A DNA stretch of 64,000 nucleotides from Escherichia coli (GTDB taxonomy: Bacteria > Pseudomonadota > Gammaproteobacteria > Enterobacterales > Enterobacteriaceae). Below the pieces are notes generated by a model. It was not told the origin of the DNA. It worked only from the letters and a program-made list of their open reading frames with translations, and did not search any database. Location of the stretch: NCBI RefSeq assembly GCF_013315695.1, contig NZ_CP054353.1; one strand, 5' to 3'. Positions 22,072 through 32,148 of this stretch are shown piece after piece; position 1 is the stretch's first letter, and each line of letters starts with the position of its first letter. The translations under genes and the position numbers were made by a program.

Positions 22072-23232
22072 ATGACAAATAACCCTCTGATTCCACAAAG
22101 CAAACTTCCACAACTTGGCACCACTATTTTCACCCAGATGAGCGCGCTGGCGCAGCAACACCAGGCGATTAACCTTTCGCAAGGCTTTCCTGATTTTGAT
22201 GGTCCGCGCTATTTACAAGAGCGGCTGGCGTACCACGTTGCCCAGGGGGCAAACCAATACGCGCCTATGACTGGCGTGCAGGCCTTGCGCGAGGCGATTG
22301 CTCAGAAAACGGAACGTCTGTATGGCTATCAACCGGATGCCGATAGTGATATCACCGTAACGGCAGGGGCGACGGAAGCGTTATATGCAGCGATTACCGC
22401 ATTGGTGCGCAATGGTGATGAAGTGATCTGCTTTGATCCCAGCTATGACAGTTACGCCCCCGCCATCGCGCTTTCTGGGGGAATAGTGAAGCGTATGGCA
22501 CTGCAACCACCGCATTTTCGCGTGGACTGGCAGGAATTTGCCGCATTGTTAAGCGAGCGCACCCGACTGGTGATCCTCAACACCCCGCATAACCCCAGTG
22601 CAACTGTCTGGCAGCAGGCTGATTTCTCCGCTCTGTGGCAGGCGATTGCCGGGCACGAGATTTTTGTCATTAGCGATGAAGTCTACGAGCACATCAATTT
22701 TTCACAACAGGGCCATGCCAGCGTGCTGGCGCATCCGCAATTGTGTGAGCGAGCGGTGGCGGTGTCATCGTTTGGCAAGACCTATCATATGACCGGCTGG
22801 AAAGTGGGGTATTGCGTTGCACCTGCGCCCATCAGCGCCGAGATCCGCAAAGTGCATCAGTATCTGACCTTTTCGGTGAATACCCCGGCACAGTTGGCGC
22901 TTGCCGATATGCTACGTGCAGAACCTGAGCATTATCTTGCGTTACCGGACTTTTATCGCCAGAAGCGCGATATTCTGGTGAATGCCTTAAATGAAAGTCG
23001 GCTGGAGATTTTACCGTGCGAAGGTACATACTTTTTGCTGGTGGATTACAGCGCCGTATCTACGATGGATGATGTTGAGTTTTGCCAGTGGCTGACGCGG
23101 GAGCACGGCGTAGCGGCGATTCCGCTGTCGGTGTTTTGCGCCGATCCCTTCCCACATAAACTGATTCGTCTCTGTTTTGCCAAAAAGGAATCGACGTTGC
23201 TGGCAGCAGCAGAACGCCTGCGCCAGCTGTAG
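22072..23232 (+). CDS. ybdL: PLP-dependent aminotransferase YbdL (methionine aminotransferase)
   Basis: 386-aa ORF MTNNPLIPQSKLPQLGTTIFTQMSALAQQHQAINLSQGFPDFDGP... (class I aminotransferase). Confidence 0.9.
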   Translation: MTNNPLIPQSKLPQLGTTIFTQMSALAQQHQAINLSQGFPDFDGPRYLQERLAYHVAQGANQYAPMTGVQALREAIAQKTERLYGYQPDADSDITVTAGATEALYAAITALVRNGDEVICFDPSYDSYAPAIALSGGIVKRMALQPPHFRVDWQEFAALLSERTRLVILNTPHNPSATVWQQADFSALWQAIAGHEIFVISDEVYEHINFSQQGHASVLAHPQLCERAVAVSSFGKTYHMTGWKVGYCVAPAPISAEIRKVHQYLTFSVNTPAQLALADMLRAEPEHYLALPDFYRQKRDILVNALNESRLEILPCEGTYFLLVDYSAVSTMDDVEFCQWLTREHGVAAIPLSVFCADPFPHKLIRLCFAKKESTLLAAAERLRQL

Positions 23233-23862
23233 TTATTTAACCGTCCAGGCGCGGGAAAATTGACGGTCGGCAAACAACTCTTGCAGGCCGTTAATTTGCT
23301 TCAGGCGCAACACTTCGTCGCTGTCCATTCCCAGCTCTTTGCCAATTTTATTATCGTCCCATCCCAACTGGCTGAGTTCACGGACGATTTCTGACATGGC
23401 AGTGATTTGGTGACGTCCACGAGCGCGATTATGACGAATAGTCGCGGCGATGCGTTGATTACGCGTACCTTCCAGACAGGTCACCGGCAAATAACCTTTT
23501 AAGCGTAATTTTAACGATGATGAGCCTTTACCAATTTCATGGCGGTGAAAACCATCCACGATTTCCAGGGCATTTTTATCCGTATGCGTGACCACAATGG
23601 GTTGGGTAAAACCATCTATTTCAATGGATTTTTTCAGCAGTTTTTTTTCGGGTGGTGCCACGTTGTTTGGGTTGTAATCATTAGGCATAAGTTGGCTGTT
23701 TTTAACCCACAGAACGCAATCCACTGGCTCTTCACGAAAGGGGCTAACCTGATGGATCGCCATGCGGATTTCATTAATCGCTTTGATGCGATCATCTTCC
23801 GGCAAGCTGGCGAGAAATTGGGTTAAATCCTGCGTTAATCGTTGTTGCATAGTATCCCCCAT
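23233..23862 (-). CDS. ybdM: ParB/sulfiredoxin-like domain protein YbdM (IbrB-like)
   Basis: 209-aa ORF; ParB-like core …IVDGFHRHE…; its start overlaps the 3' end of ybdN by 28 nt. Confidence 0.85.
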   Translation of the reverse strand: MGDTMQQRLTQDLTQFLASLPEDDRIKAINEIRMAIHQVSPFREEPVDCVLWVKNSQLMPNDYNPNNVAPPEKKLLKKSIEIDGFTQPIVVTHTDKNALEIVDGFHRHEIGKGSSSLKLRLKGYLPVTCLEGTRNQRIAATIRHNRARGRHQITAMSEIVRELSQLGWDDNKIGKELGMDSDEVLRLKQINGLQELFADRQFSRAWTVK

Positions 23863-25055
23863 TCCTGACGTTTTCCTTTTATCCGTTCGTTATAACGCTG
23901 ATAGTTCTTCGCTTTCGTAGGACTAAATGATAATGCCCGGCACCAGTAATCGTTATTGAGTAAAACTTTGCATATTCGCCGCCAGGAGGGGATATCTTTC
24001 GCGCCAATGTCCCCTTGCTGGGTTTGTGGAACTTCGATGCCTTTTTTCTGATACCAGTGCAAATAAATGGCGATTTTATTGCGGTAATGCTCAGCTGTTT
24101 TTTCCGGCATGCTATTGAGCAGCAATAATGCATATTCTTGCCAGTCTAAATGTTCTGGCTTGAGGATTTTCCGATGACCATAAAAATGATTATCATGTCC
24201 GGCGTAAATGCCGCCACTTTTTACCCCGCTGACTCGTGCGCACATAGCAGCCCAGCGATCCGGTTCGATAACGTGATAGAGCCATAATCCTTGCCGTTGC
24301 TCCGGGCCAAAAGGTTCGCAAATTCGCATATGACGCAGAGGAACGCCTGCCTGATACATTATATTATACAGTGGGTTACAGAGCTGTTGATGGTTAGCAT
24401 ACCAGGTCCAGATATCAGCCACTTTCCAGTCGTAGATGGGGTAAATGTACCAACTATGACCGCCTGGTGCGGCGGTGGTCCAGGGCTTATCATCGGCAAA
24501 ACGTTGTTTATTTAAACTGGCGATGGCGACAAAACGGTTGTAGGACTCATCTGCACGGATGCCGATCATCATCGCCGCCGGACGTTTTTGTGAAAACCAT
24601 TCAGCAAACTCACGCACAAATTGTTCGAAGGTCATGCCAGGCTGGTAAAAGGAGAAAAAGTCAGGATCGGTTATCGCATCTTGCGGAGGCTGACGCACCC
24701 ATTCGACATCAGGTTCCCAGCACTGCCATTCGGGTTGGTATTGAGAAAGGGAATTTTGCGTCGTAAGCGGGAGCGCAACCCAGTAAAACTCTTCGATGAC
24801 ATCGGCGTAAAACTCACGTAATGACTGAACATAGTTAATAGTGCATGAGAACTGCGCTTCCCAGTCGATAAACAAAACGCAGATTTTTTTGCCCATTTGT
24901 CGGACAATTTCGGCGGTCAGATGCAGCATTAATCCGGAATCTTTACCACCCGAAAAAGAAACGCAGACACGGGGTAGGGTATTAAGTGTCCAGGTAATAC
25001 GTTCTTTTGCAGCTTCCAGAATATTCAGTGGAAGCGGGATTTTATAAATAGACAT
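23835..25055 (-). CDS. ybdN: PAPS-reductase-like (PP-loop ATP pyrophosphatase family) protein YbdN (IbrA-like)
   Basis: 406-aa ORF with the PP-loop motif SFSGGKDS near the N-terminus. Confidence 0.85.
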   Translation of the reverse strand: MSIYKIPLPLNILEAAKERITWTLNTLPRVCVSFSGGKDSGLMLHLTAEIVRQMGKKICVLFIDWEAQFSCTINYVQSLREFYADVIEEFYWVALPLTTQNSLSQYQPEWQCWEPDVEWVRQPPQDAITDPDFFSFYQPGMTFEQFVREFAEWFSQKRPAAMMIGIRADESYNRFVAIASLNKQRFADDKPWTTAAPGGHSWYIYPIYDWKVADIWTWYANHQQLCNPLYNIMYQAGVPLRHMRICEPFGPEQRQGLWLYHVIEPDRWAAMCARVSGVKSGGIYAGHDNHFYGHRKILKPEHLDWQEYALLLLNSMPEKTAEHYRNKIAIYLHWYQKKGIEVPQTQQGDIGAKDIPSWRRICKVLLNNDYWCRALSFSPTKAKNYQRYNERIKGKRQEWGILCNND

Positions 25056-25201
25056 CTAAAAACGCTCTCTGAACGTTACGGGGTGACTCGTGAGATGAAT
25101 CCGCTAATTATAGGATAAACGAAGCAAGATAGAGCACATTATTTTATATTCACATAATGAATTAATTGATGCGTAATATATTATTTGTCAGTGGTAATGA
25201 A

Positions 25202-26104
25202 TCAGAAGCTATCATTTAAACGATCTATGAATCGGGAGAAGACAAGGTTGTTCAACGAAGCCTTGTTATAGGAAATATAAAGTTTAACCGCAGGAAGAGG
25301 TTGTTCCAGTTTTATTTCTTTTAACTTCAAAAAGTCACGATGTAAATTGTACAGTTCGGTGGGCACAATGCCTAATAAGTCAGTAACAGAAATACTATTA
25401 ATTATAGTCATCAAAGAAGAACTGCGAAATGAAACTTTACGGTTCATAAAGCGTTCATCTATGTCCATTTGAATTTCGTCAATCCCTGCTGATTTAGATA
25501 TCAACAGGGTGAATTCTTCGGCGATAATTTGTTCATAGTTACTGGTATCAGTAATACGAGGATGTTTGTTGCTACATATAAGGGAATTGCGAATAGTGTG
25601 TAACGGCATGCAGATGACAGAGCGACTAATTACTGGTTGTAGTGTAATTGCCAGGTCAGTTTTGCGTTGAACCAACAGTTCTTCGGCATTTTCAGCTGAA
25701 AGCAGTATGTCATGGCATTCTATATCGATTGAAGTATCTTGTCTAAGACAGCGGATTAGCATGTTGTTATTAGTACAAGAAATAAGCTGAGGACCGTAGA
25801 TAATAAAATTTTTCTTTAGTTCAGACTTATTAACGATATTGATCGTTTGTTCAAGGCCTCTGAGATTTTTCTCAAGATGGTGATGCAGGTTTAACCCTGT
25901 TGTAGTCGGCGCGATACCTTTCCCTGAGCGAATGAATAACGGGTCATTAAATTGCGCACGTAAACGTTGTAACGACTGACTAACAGCAGAGGGCGTTATA
26001 TATAATGATTCTGCCGCTTTACTAATGCTGAGATGTTGATAAATACATTCAAATATAACCAGTAAATTGAGGTCAAATTTTTTTAGATCATAAAGATTAG
26101 CCAT
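25202..26104 (-). CDS. ybdO: LysR-family transcriptional regulator YbdO
   Basis: Start MANLYDLKKFDLNLLVIFECIYQHLSISKAAESLYITPSAVSQSLQRLR (HTH), about 300 aa; AT-rich coding sequence. Confidence 0.85.
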   Translation of the reverse strand: MANLYDLKKFDLNLLVIFECIYQHLSISKAAESLYITPSAVSQSLQRLRAQFNDPLFIRSGKGIAPTTTGLNLHHHLEKNLRGLEQTINIVNKSELKKNFIIYGPQLISCTNNNMLIRCLRQDTSIDIECHDILLSAENAEELLVQRKTDLAITLQPVISRSVICMPLHTIRNSLICSNKHPRITDTSNYEQIIAEEFTLLISKSAGIDEIQMDIDERFMNRKVSFRSSSLMTIINSISVTDLLGIVPTELYNLHRDFLKLKEIKLEQPLPAVKLYISYNKASLNNLVFSRFIDRLNDSF

Positions 26105-26308
26105 AACATACTCCGTTGTATTGTCTCTTCCATAAATCATTCACTTGATCAATAATGTTGTTGTATTTATATGTGTTATGTTTTTCTGCTTAACTTTGGA
26201 TTAAGATTTTCTAAAATAGCATAGCTGTCAGGTGGGTTACGAGCAATTCATGCTTTTTTAGGATGGTTGAAAAGCAGGGATATATTTCAACCATCCATGA
26301 ATTATCTT

Positions 26309-27055
26309 TTATTTATTCCCCATAATGATATTAAGCGTTTTCTGATCGGGCAACCCCACGGCCTGTTGCAGTGTATTTTCCTTACTCATGTAATAGATAG
26401 CTGGCGTGACATTTGCCCCCAGATCGTCCATCAGTTTCTCGTTATCGCTTAACACTTTCATTTGCTCTGTACTTACGTTTGCAGGCACGTTTAGCTTAAG
26501 CTTGCCACCAGAGGCTTCATATTCTTGCCAGGTTTTTGCGGGATCTTTGGAGGCAAGAATTGCCGCTGCTGTCGCCGGGCTTTCTGGCTTGATAACGCCA
26601 ACCAACAATGTTCTTAATTGCACTTTGCCAGAATCTACCCACGGGCGAGCCTGCTGCCAGAACTGTTTACAATATGGGCAGAACGGATCGGCGAAGACGT
26701 AGACAATGACCGGCGCGTCTTTTTTACCGTCGAGGAGCCAGTGGGATTGTTCCATCCGTTGCCACATTTCACGTCCGGCGGGTGCGTAAATTTCTTTTTC
26801 GATAAGCGTGTTACTCAGGTTTTCACCTTTTTCGTTGTACATGTAACCAGAGATAGCGTGCTTACCATCTGGAGTCAGGTAGATGGTGACGCCCATATCC
26901 TGATACTTACCGAGATAACCTTTCATTCCTCCAGGGGCATCGAACGTTTTGATGATTGTAATACCCTGTTTTTCAATCGCTTTTACTGGGGCAGGAAGTT
27001 CCTCTGCGAAGGCGGTTGCAGGAAGCAGGGCCAGTAAAAGTATCTTTTTTAACAT
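26309..27055 (-). CDS. dsbG: Periplasmic thiol:disulfide interchange protein DsbG
   Basis: Start [21 protein letters not shown] (signal peptide); CPYC active-site motif present; 248 aa. Confidence 0.9.
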   Translation of the reverse strand: MLKKILLLALLPATAFAEELPAPVKAIEKQGITIIKTFDAPGGMKGYLGKYQDMGVTIYLTPDGKHAISGYMYNEKGENLSNTLIEKEIYAPAGREMWQRMEQSHWLLDGKKDAPVIVYVFADPFCPYCKQFWQQARPWVDSGKVQLRTLLVGVIKPESPATAAAILASKDPAKTWQEYEASGGKLKLNVPANVSTEQMKVLSDNEKLMDDLGANVTPAIYYMSKENTLQQAVGLPDQKTLNIIMGNK

Positions 27056-27426
27056 TAATTTGTCCTTTTCAGTCAGTGCAAAAGTCGAGTAAAAGGCATA
27101 ACCTATCACTGTCATAGGTAAGAGCTTAGATCAGGTGATTGCCCTTTGTTTATGAGGGTGTTGTAATCCATGTCGTTGTTGCATTTGTAAAGGCAACACC
27201 TCAGCCTGCAGGCAGGCGCTGAAGATACCAAAGGGTAGTTCAGATTACACGGTCACCTGGAAAGGGGGCCATTTTACTTTTTATCGCCGCTGGCGGTGCA
27301 AAGTTCACAAAGTTGTCTTACGAAGGTTGTAAGGTAAAACTTATCGATTTGATAATGGAAACGCATTAGCCGAATCGGCAAAAATTGGTTACCTTACATC
27401 TCATCGAAAACACGGAGGAAGTATAG
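27056..27426. promoter_or_regulatory. dsbG/ahpC divergent promoter region (OxyR-regulated by established knowledge; sites not precisely mapped here)
   Basis: Intergenic; ATAG/CTAT-like elements around 27320-27365. The boundaries given are the whole intergenic span, not a mapped site. Confidence 0.45.
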
Positions 27427-27990
27427 ATGTCCTTGATTAACACCAAAATTAAACCTTTTAAAAACCAGGCATTCAAAAACGGCGAATTCATCGAAATCAC
27501 CGAAAAAGATACCGAAGGCCGCTGGAGCGTCTTCTTCTTCTACCCGGCTGACTTTACTTTCGTATGCCCGACCGAACTGGGTGACGTTGCTGACCACTAC
27601 GAAGAACTGCAGAAACTGGGCGTAGACGTATATGCAGTATCTACCGATACTCATTTCACCCACAAAGCATGGCACAGCAGCTCTGAAACCATCGCTAAAA
27701 TCAAATATGCGATGATCGGCGACCCGACTGGCGCCCTGACCCGTAACTTCGACAACATGCGTGAAGATGAAGGTCTGGCTGACCGTGCGACCTTCGTTGT
27801 TGACCCGCAGGGTATCATCCAGGCAATCGAAGTTACCGCTGAAGGCATTGGCCGTGACGCGTCTGACCTGCTGCGTAAAATCAAAGCAGCACAGTACGTA
27901 GCTTCTCACCCAGGTGAAGTTTGCCCGGCTAAATGGAAAGAAGGTGAAGCAACTCTGGCTCCGTCTCTGGACCTGGTTGGTAAAATCTAA
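27427..27990 (+). CDS. ahpC: Alkyl hydroperoxide reductase peroxiredoxin subunit AhpC
   Basis: 187-aa [54 protein letters not shown]... Confidence 0.95.
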   Translation: MSLINTKIKPFKNQAFKNGEFIEITEKDTEGRWSVFFFYPADFTFVCPTELGDVADHYEELQKLGVDVYAVSTDTHFTHKAWHSSSETIAKIKYAMIGDPTGALTRNFDNMREDEGLADRATFVVDPQGIIQAIEVTAEGIGRDASDLLRKIKAAQYVASHPGEVCPAKWKEGEATLAPSLDLVGKI

Positions 27991-28010
27991 GTTCCGCAAT
28001 CGCGTAATTA

Positions 28011-28038
28011 ATCGGGTGCTGCGGCACCCGATTTTCTT
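28011..28038 (+). terminator. Intercistronic hairpin plus T-tract between ahpC and ahpF (likely partial terminator/attenuator)
   Basis: atcgggtgc-tgcg-gcacccgat (9-bp stem) followed by tttctt. Confidence 0.55.
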
Positions 28039-28118
28039 CCCCGCACCATGATGCAAGCTGCATCCAGGTAGCCGCAGAGGCCGCTTGCATGATGATGTTT
28101 AAAGCCCAGGAGATAAAC

Positions 28119-29684
28119 ATGCTCGACACAAATATGAAAACTCAACTCAAGGCTTACCTTGAGAAATTGACCAAGCCTGTTGAGTTAATTGCCACGCTGG
28201 ATGACAGCGCTAAATCGGCAGAAATCAAGGAACTGTTGGCTGAAATCGCAGAACTGTCAGACAAAGTCACCTTTAAAGAAGATAACAGCTTGCCGGTGCG
28301 TAAGCCGTCTTTCCTGATCACTAACCCAGGTTCCAACCAGGGGCCACGTTTTGCAGGATCCCCGCTGGGCCACGAGTTCACCTCGCTGGTACTGGCGTTG
28401 CTGTGGACCGGTGGTCATCCGTCGAAAGAAGCGCAGTCACTGCTGGAGCAGATTCGCCATATTGACGGTGATTTTGAATTCGAAACCTATTACTCGCTCT
28501 CTTGCCACAACTGCCCGGACGTGGTGCAGGCGCTGAACCTGATGAGCGTACTGAACCCGCGCATCAAGCACACTGCAATTGACGGCGGCACCTTCCAGAA
28601 CGAAATCACCGATCGCAACGTGATGGGCGTTCCGGCAGTGTTCGTAAACGGGAAAGAGTTTGGTCAGGGCCGCATGACGTTGACTGAAATCGTTGCCAAA
28701 ATTGATACTGGTGCGGAAAAACGTGCGGCAGAAGAGCTGAACAAGCGTGATGCTTATGACGTATTAATCGTTGGTTCCGGCCCGGCGGGTGCAGCGGCAG
28801 CAATTTACTCCGCACGTAAAGGCATCCGTACCGGTCTGATGGGCGAACGTTTTGGTGGTCAGATCCTCGATACCGTTGATATCGAAAACTACATTTCTGT
28901 ACCGAAGACCGAAGGCCAGAAACTGGCAGGTGCGCTGAAAGTTCATGTTGATGAATACGACGTTGATGTGATCGACAGTCAGAGCGCGAGCAAACTGATC
29001 CCGGCAGCGGTTGAAGGCGGCCTGCATCAGATTGAAACAGCTTCTGGCGCGGTACTGAAAGCACGCAGCATTATCGTGGCGACCGGTGCAAAATGGCGCA
29101 ACATGAACGTTCCTGGCGAAGATCAGTATCGCACCAAAGGCGTGACCTACTGCCCGCACTGCGACGGCCCGCTGTTTAAAGGCAAACGCGTAGCGGTTAT
29201 CGGCGGCGGTAACTCCGGCGTGGAAGCGGCAATTGACCTGGCGGGTATCGTTGAGCACGTAACGCTGCTGGAATTTGCGCCAGAAATGAAAGCCGACCAG
29301 GTTCTGCAGGACAAACTGCGCAGCCTGAAAAACGTCGACATTATTCTGAATGCGCAAACCACGGAAGTGAAAGGCGACGGTAGCAAAGTCGTAGGTCTGG
29401 AATATCGCGATCGTGTCAGCGGCGATATTCACAACATCGAACTGGCCGGTATTTTCGTCCAGATTGGTCTGCTGCCGAACACCAACTGGCTGGAAGGCGC
29501 AGTCGAACGTAACCGCATGGGTGAGATTATCATTGATGCGAAATGTGAAACCAACGTCAAAGGCGTGTTCGCAGCGGGTGACTGTACGACGGTTCCTTAC
29601 AAGCAGATCATCATCGCCACTGGCGAAGGTGCCAAAGCCTCTCTGAGTGCTTTTGACTACCTGATTCGCACCAAAACTGCATAA
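28119..29684 (+). CDS. ahpF: Alkyl hydroperoxide reductase flavoprotein subunit AhpF
   Basis: [33 protein letters not shown]..., 521 aa, RBS aggag upstream. The track ORF is extended 10 codons upstream. Confidence 0.93.
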
Positions 29685-29713
29685 GAAGAAGTAAGATTCA
29701 CCTGCAATTGCTT

Positions 29714-29746
29714 AGCCGCCGGGGTCAAACCTGGCGGCTTTTTTAT
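29714..29746 (+). terminator. Rho-independent terminator of ahpCF
   Basis: agccgccgg…ccTggcggct stem followed by tttttt. Confidence 0.7.
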
Positions 29747-29752
29747 TGCATT

Positions 29753-29790
29753 AAAAAGCCCTGCAGGGATGGCTCCGGGCAGGGCGGGAT
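29753..29790 (-). terminator. Rho-independent terminator of uspG (reverse strand)
   Basis: gccctgc…gcagggc stem; on the reverse strand it is followed by ttttt (A-run 29753-29757 on the + strand). Confidence 0.6.
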
Positions 29791-29804
29791 ACTTATTCTG
29801 GCAA

Positions 29805-30233
29805 TTAACGCACAACCAGCACCGGCAAATTGGCGTGGCGGATCACGCTCGAGGCGTTAGAACCCAACAGATGAGTTGAAATCGATGGGTTACGCGAACC
29901 AATCACTACTACATCTGCATCAAGTTCTTTCGCTAACTCGTTAACTTCATCCCGCACACTACCAAAACGGACATGTTGCTTAATGCGGGAAGGATCGATG
30001 GTGAAGTGGCTGACCATCGTTTGCAGACGTTCTTCTGCTTCATGTTGCAGATGCTCTTCAAAACGACGTACATCAGCGGCAAAACGGTGCAGGCTCAGGC
30101 TGGCTGACCCCGGTAGTACGTGAAGTAGATGAATAACTCCGTCATCCTGGGCGAGGAATTCAGCGTGGCGAACCGCTTTGTCGCTCAATTCCATTTCGAA
30201 AACATCCACTGGCATGATGATTGTTTTGTACAT
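29805..30233 (-). CDS. uspG: Universal stress protein UspG
   Basis: Start [29 protein letters not shown]…, 142 aa, RBS ggagag upstream. The track ORF is extended 11 codons upstream. Confidence 0.9.
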   Translation of the reverse strand: MYKTIIMPVDVFEMELSDKAVRHAEFLAQDDGVIHLLHVLPGSASLSLHRFAADVRRFEEHLQHEAEERLQTMVSHFTIDPSRIKQHVRFGSVRDEVNELAKELDADVVVIGSRNPSISTHLLGSNASSVIRHANLPVLVVR

Positions 30234-30356
30234 AAGCATTCTCTCCTTGTTTTTGCATGTATACATAACAGCACATTATTGGTTATGAATCTATGATTTG
30301 CGAGGCTGATTTGATCTGAATTTGCTATTGAGCTGGAAAATAAATAAAACCAGGCG

Positions 30357-30446
30357 CTACCAGCGTTGTTCAAGGTATAGCACTGCAGCAACAATAATTG
30401 CGGCTATGAATATATAAAATGCAGTGATACCGAGAGCTTCGCTCAT
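30357..30446 (-). CDS. Candidate 29-aa hydrophobic small ORF (MSEALGITAFYIFIAAIIVAAVLYLEQRW); hypothetical
   Basis: ATG…TAG ORF found by manual reading in the uspG–rnk spacer. It has one predicted transmembrane helix and a weak RBS, and is below the ORF-track size cutoff. Confidence 0.2.
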   Translation of the reverse strand: MSEALGITAFYIFIAAIIVAAVLYLEQRW

Positions 30447-30588
30447 ATGAGGTTCCGCAGATGAATAACCAGTTCAGATTAGAATGCTGCGCTTAAGAGC
30501 AAAATGATAAATCTGGTTGATATTTGAGCGGAAAGAGGATGCGAGTGCATCCTCTGGGCAAAGCGAGTTATCGCTTGTGCAGATGGGA

Positions 30589-30999
30589 TTAAAGCAGGTA
30601 ATCGCCAGCAGCTTCTGGCTGGTATTCGAGTTCCAGCACTTCAAGGTGGGTTGCAACGCCGCCTGGAAGTTCCCAGTGAATGGAATCGCCAACGCGCAGC
30701 CCCAGCAGTGCGGCACCTACCGGAGCCATAACGGAAAGCTGAGTATTGCTGTCGGTCATTTTTGCCGGATACACCAGCGTGCGCACACGCACTTCGCCAT
30801 CGCTAAGATTGCGGAATTTAACCCGGCTGTTCATTGTCACCACGTCGTGTGGCATCTCTTCTGGCGAACACATTTGGGCGCGATCCAACTCTGCGTTTAA
30901 CGCGTCGGCGATTGGCAAACCAGCATAGGCGGGTTGCTCCAGCAGAATATCGATGCGTTCGGCATCCAGGTCGTTAATGATGATAGTTGGTCTGGACAT
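30589..30999 (-). CDS. rnk: Regulator of nucleoside diphosphate kinase Rnk (GreA/GreB C-terminal-domain-like)
   Basis: 136-aa [46 protein letters not shown]... Confidence 0.9.
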
Positions 31000-31040
31000 T
31001 TTTACTCCATGTCGTCGGTACTGCGAGTGTCGCAGATAAA

Positions 31041-31082
31041 CATACCCAAAAGAAAACCCTCACCGTCAGGCGGCGAGGGTTT
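31041..31082 (-). terminator. Rho-independent terminator downstream of rna (reverse strand)
   Basis: aaaccctc…gagggttt stem; the reverse strand is followed by ttcttttggg. Confidence 0.55.
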
Positions 31083-31228
31083 AACGCACATGATGATACT
31101 GACTGTTGCTCACTCTTTGAAGTGATTTGCGTCACATTCAGGGAATTCCTCAATGTAGCGCATTATGTATAAATCTTAATCGTCATGGTTTATGGAAGAC
31201 GAATTAGCGTGTTTTGTAAATCAGAGGA

Positions 31229-32035
31229 TTAATAACCTGCTTTATCAATCACAAAGGTTTTGCCACAGTTGCCTGGGTGTGGTTGTGGCAAGAATGAGTT
31301 GGCAGAAAGCGGAGCGTTGATGGCGTCAGCTTTGATCGAGATCTGAATTTCAGTCAAATACGCAGGGTTACCCTGGCACGTTAGCTTAACTGCTTTCACG
31401 TTCTCTTTTCCCCAGCTTTTGGCAAAGGCGGCATCAAAGTCACGGCGGCTCACTGTTTTACCGTAGTTATCCGCAAGGAATTTTCCGGCTTCGCTCTCTT
31501 TAATTTCTTGATTCAGGCGTACCATCGTGCCGAAGTATGCGTCTGGATCAAAACCAAAGCAGGCACCGTGTTTGGCATATTCGTAGCGTTCCAGGCAGGA
31601 ACGTCCGCCAGCTCCTGGCATGACTTCACTTAGTTTAGCTGCCGTTTCCAGCGATAACCCGGTTTCCGGAGATGAACACATTCGGCTGGCGCGCGCTTCT
31701 GATAGATTCGGGATTGGGCGAGTAGCGCAACCGAAGCGCATCCAGCGGCGTTCATCAACACCACGGGCAGCAACCGATTTAGGCAATCCTGGCCACAGAC
31801 CATGTACGGTCAGAAAATCAGCTTTGTTGGTCGTTTCGGTTTGCAGGCGACATTCATCTCGTTCGTTACGATTTCGATCGTGTTGACTCTGGCAAAATCC
31901 GGTTTGCCAGGAGAGGGCCAGGACATAGCGATCAAAATCGCCATACTGTTTTGCCTGCAACGCCACGGCGTTGGCAGAAGAGAAGGGAAGCAGAGAAACC
32001 GCGAGCAACGCGGCGTTACGCCAGAATGCTTTCAT
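31229..32035 (-). CDS. rna: Periplasmic ribonuclease I (RNase T2 family)
   Basis: Start MKAFWRNAALLAVSLLPFSSANA (signal peptide), 268 aa. An in-frame ATG lies 6 codons upstream. Confidence 0.9.
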   Translation of the reverse strand: MKAFWRNAALLAVSLLPFSSANAVALQAKQYGDFDRYVLALSWQTGFCQSQHDRNRNERDECRLQTETTNKADFLTVHGLWPGLPKSVAARGVDERRWMRFGCATRPIPNLSEARASRMCSSPETGLSLETAAKLSEVMPGAGGRSCLERYEYAKHGACFGFDPDAYFGTMVRLNQEIKESEAGKFLADNYGKTVSRRDFDAAFAKSWGKENVKAVKLTCQGNPAYLTEIQISIKADAINAPLSANSFLPQPHPGNCGKTFVIDKAGY

Positions 32036-32083
32036 AATGGGTGTGGAACTCATACATACACTGAATATTATCTATTAAATCAT

Positions 32084-32117
32084 AAAAAAGCCCGCCTGGT
32101 GGGCTTACCTGGCGGGC
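32084..32117 (-). terminator. Rho-independent terminator downstream of citT (reverse strand)
   Basis: gcccgcc…ggcgggc stem; A-run 32084-32089 on the + strand gives a T-run on the reverse strand. Confidence 0.55.
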
Positions 32118-32148
32118 GTGATGATTTATTCAGCGTTTGGCGAACGTA

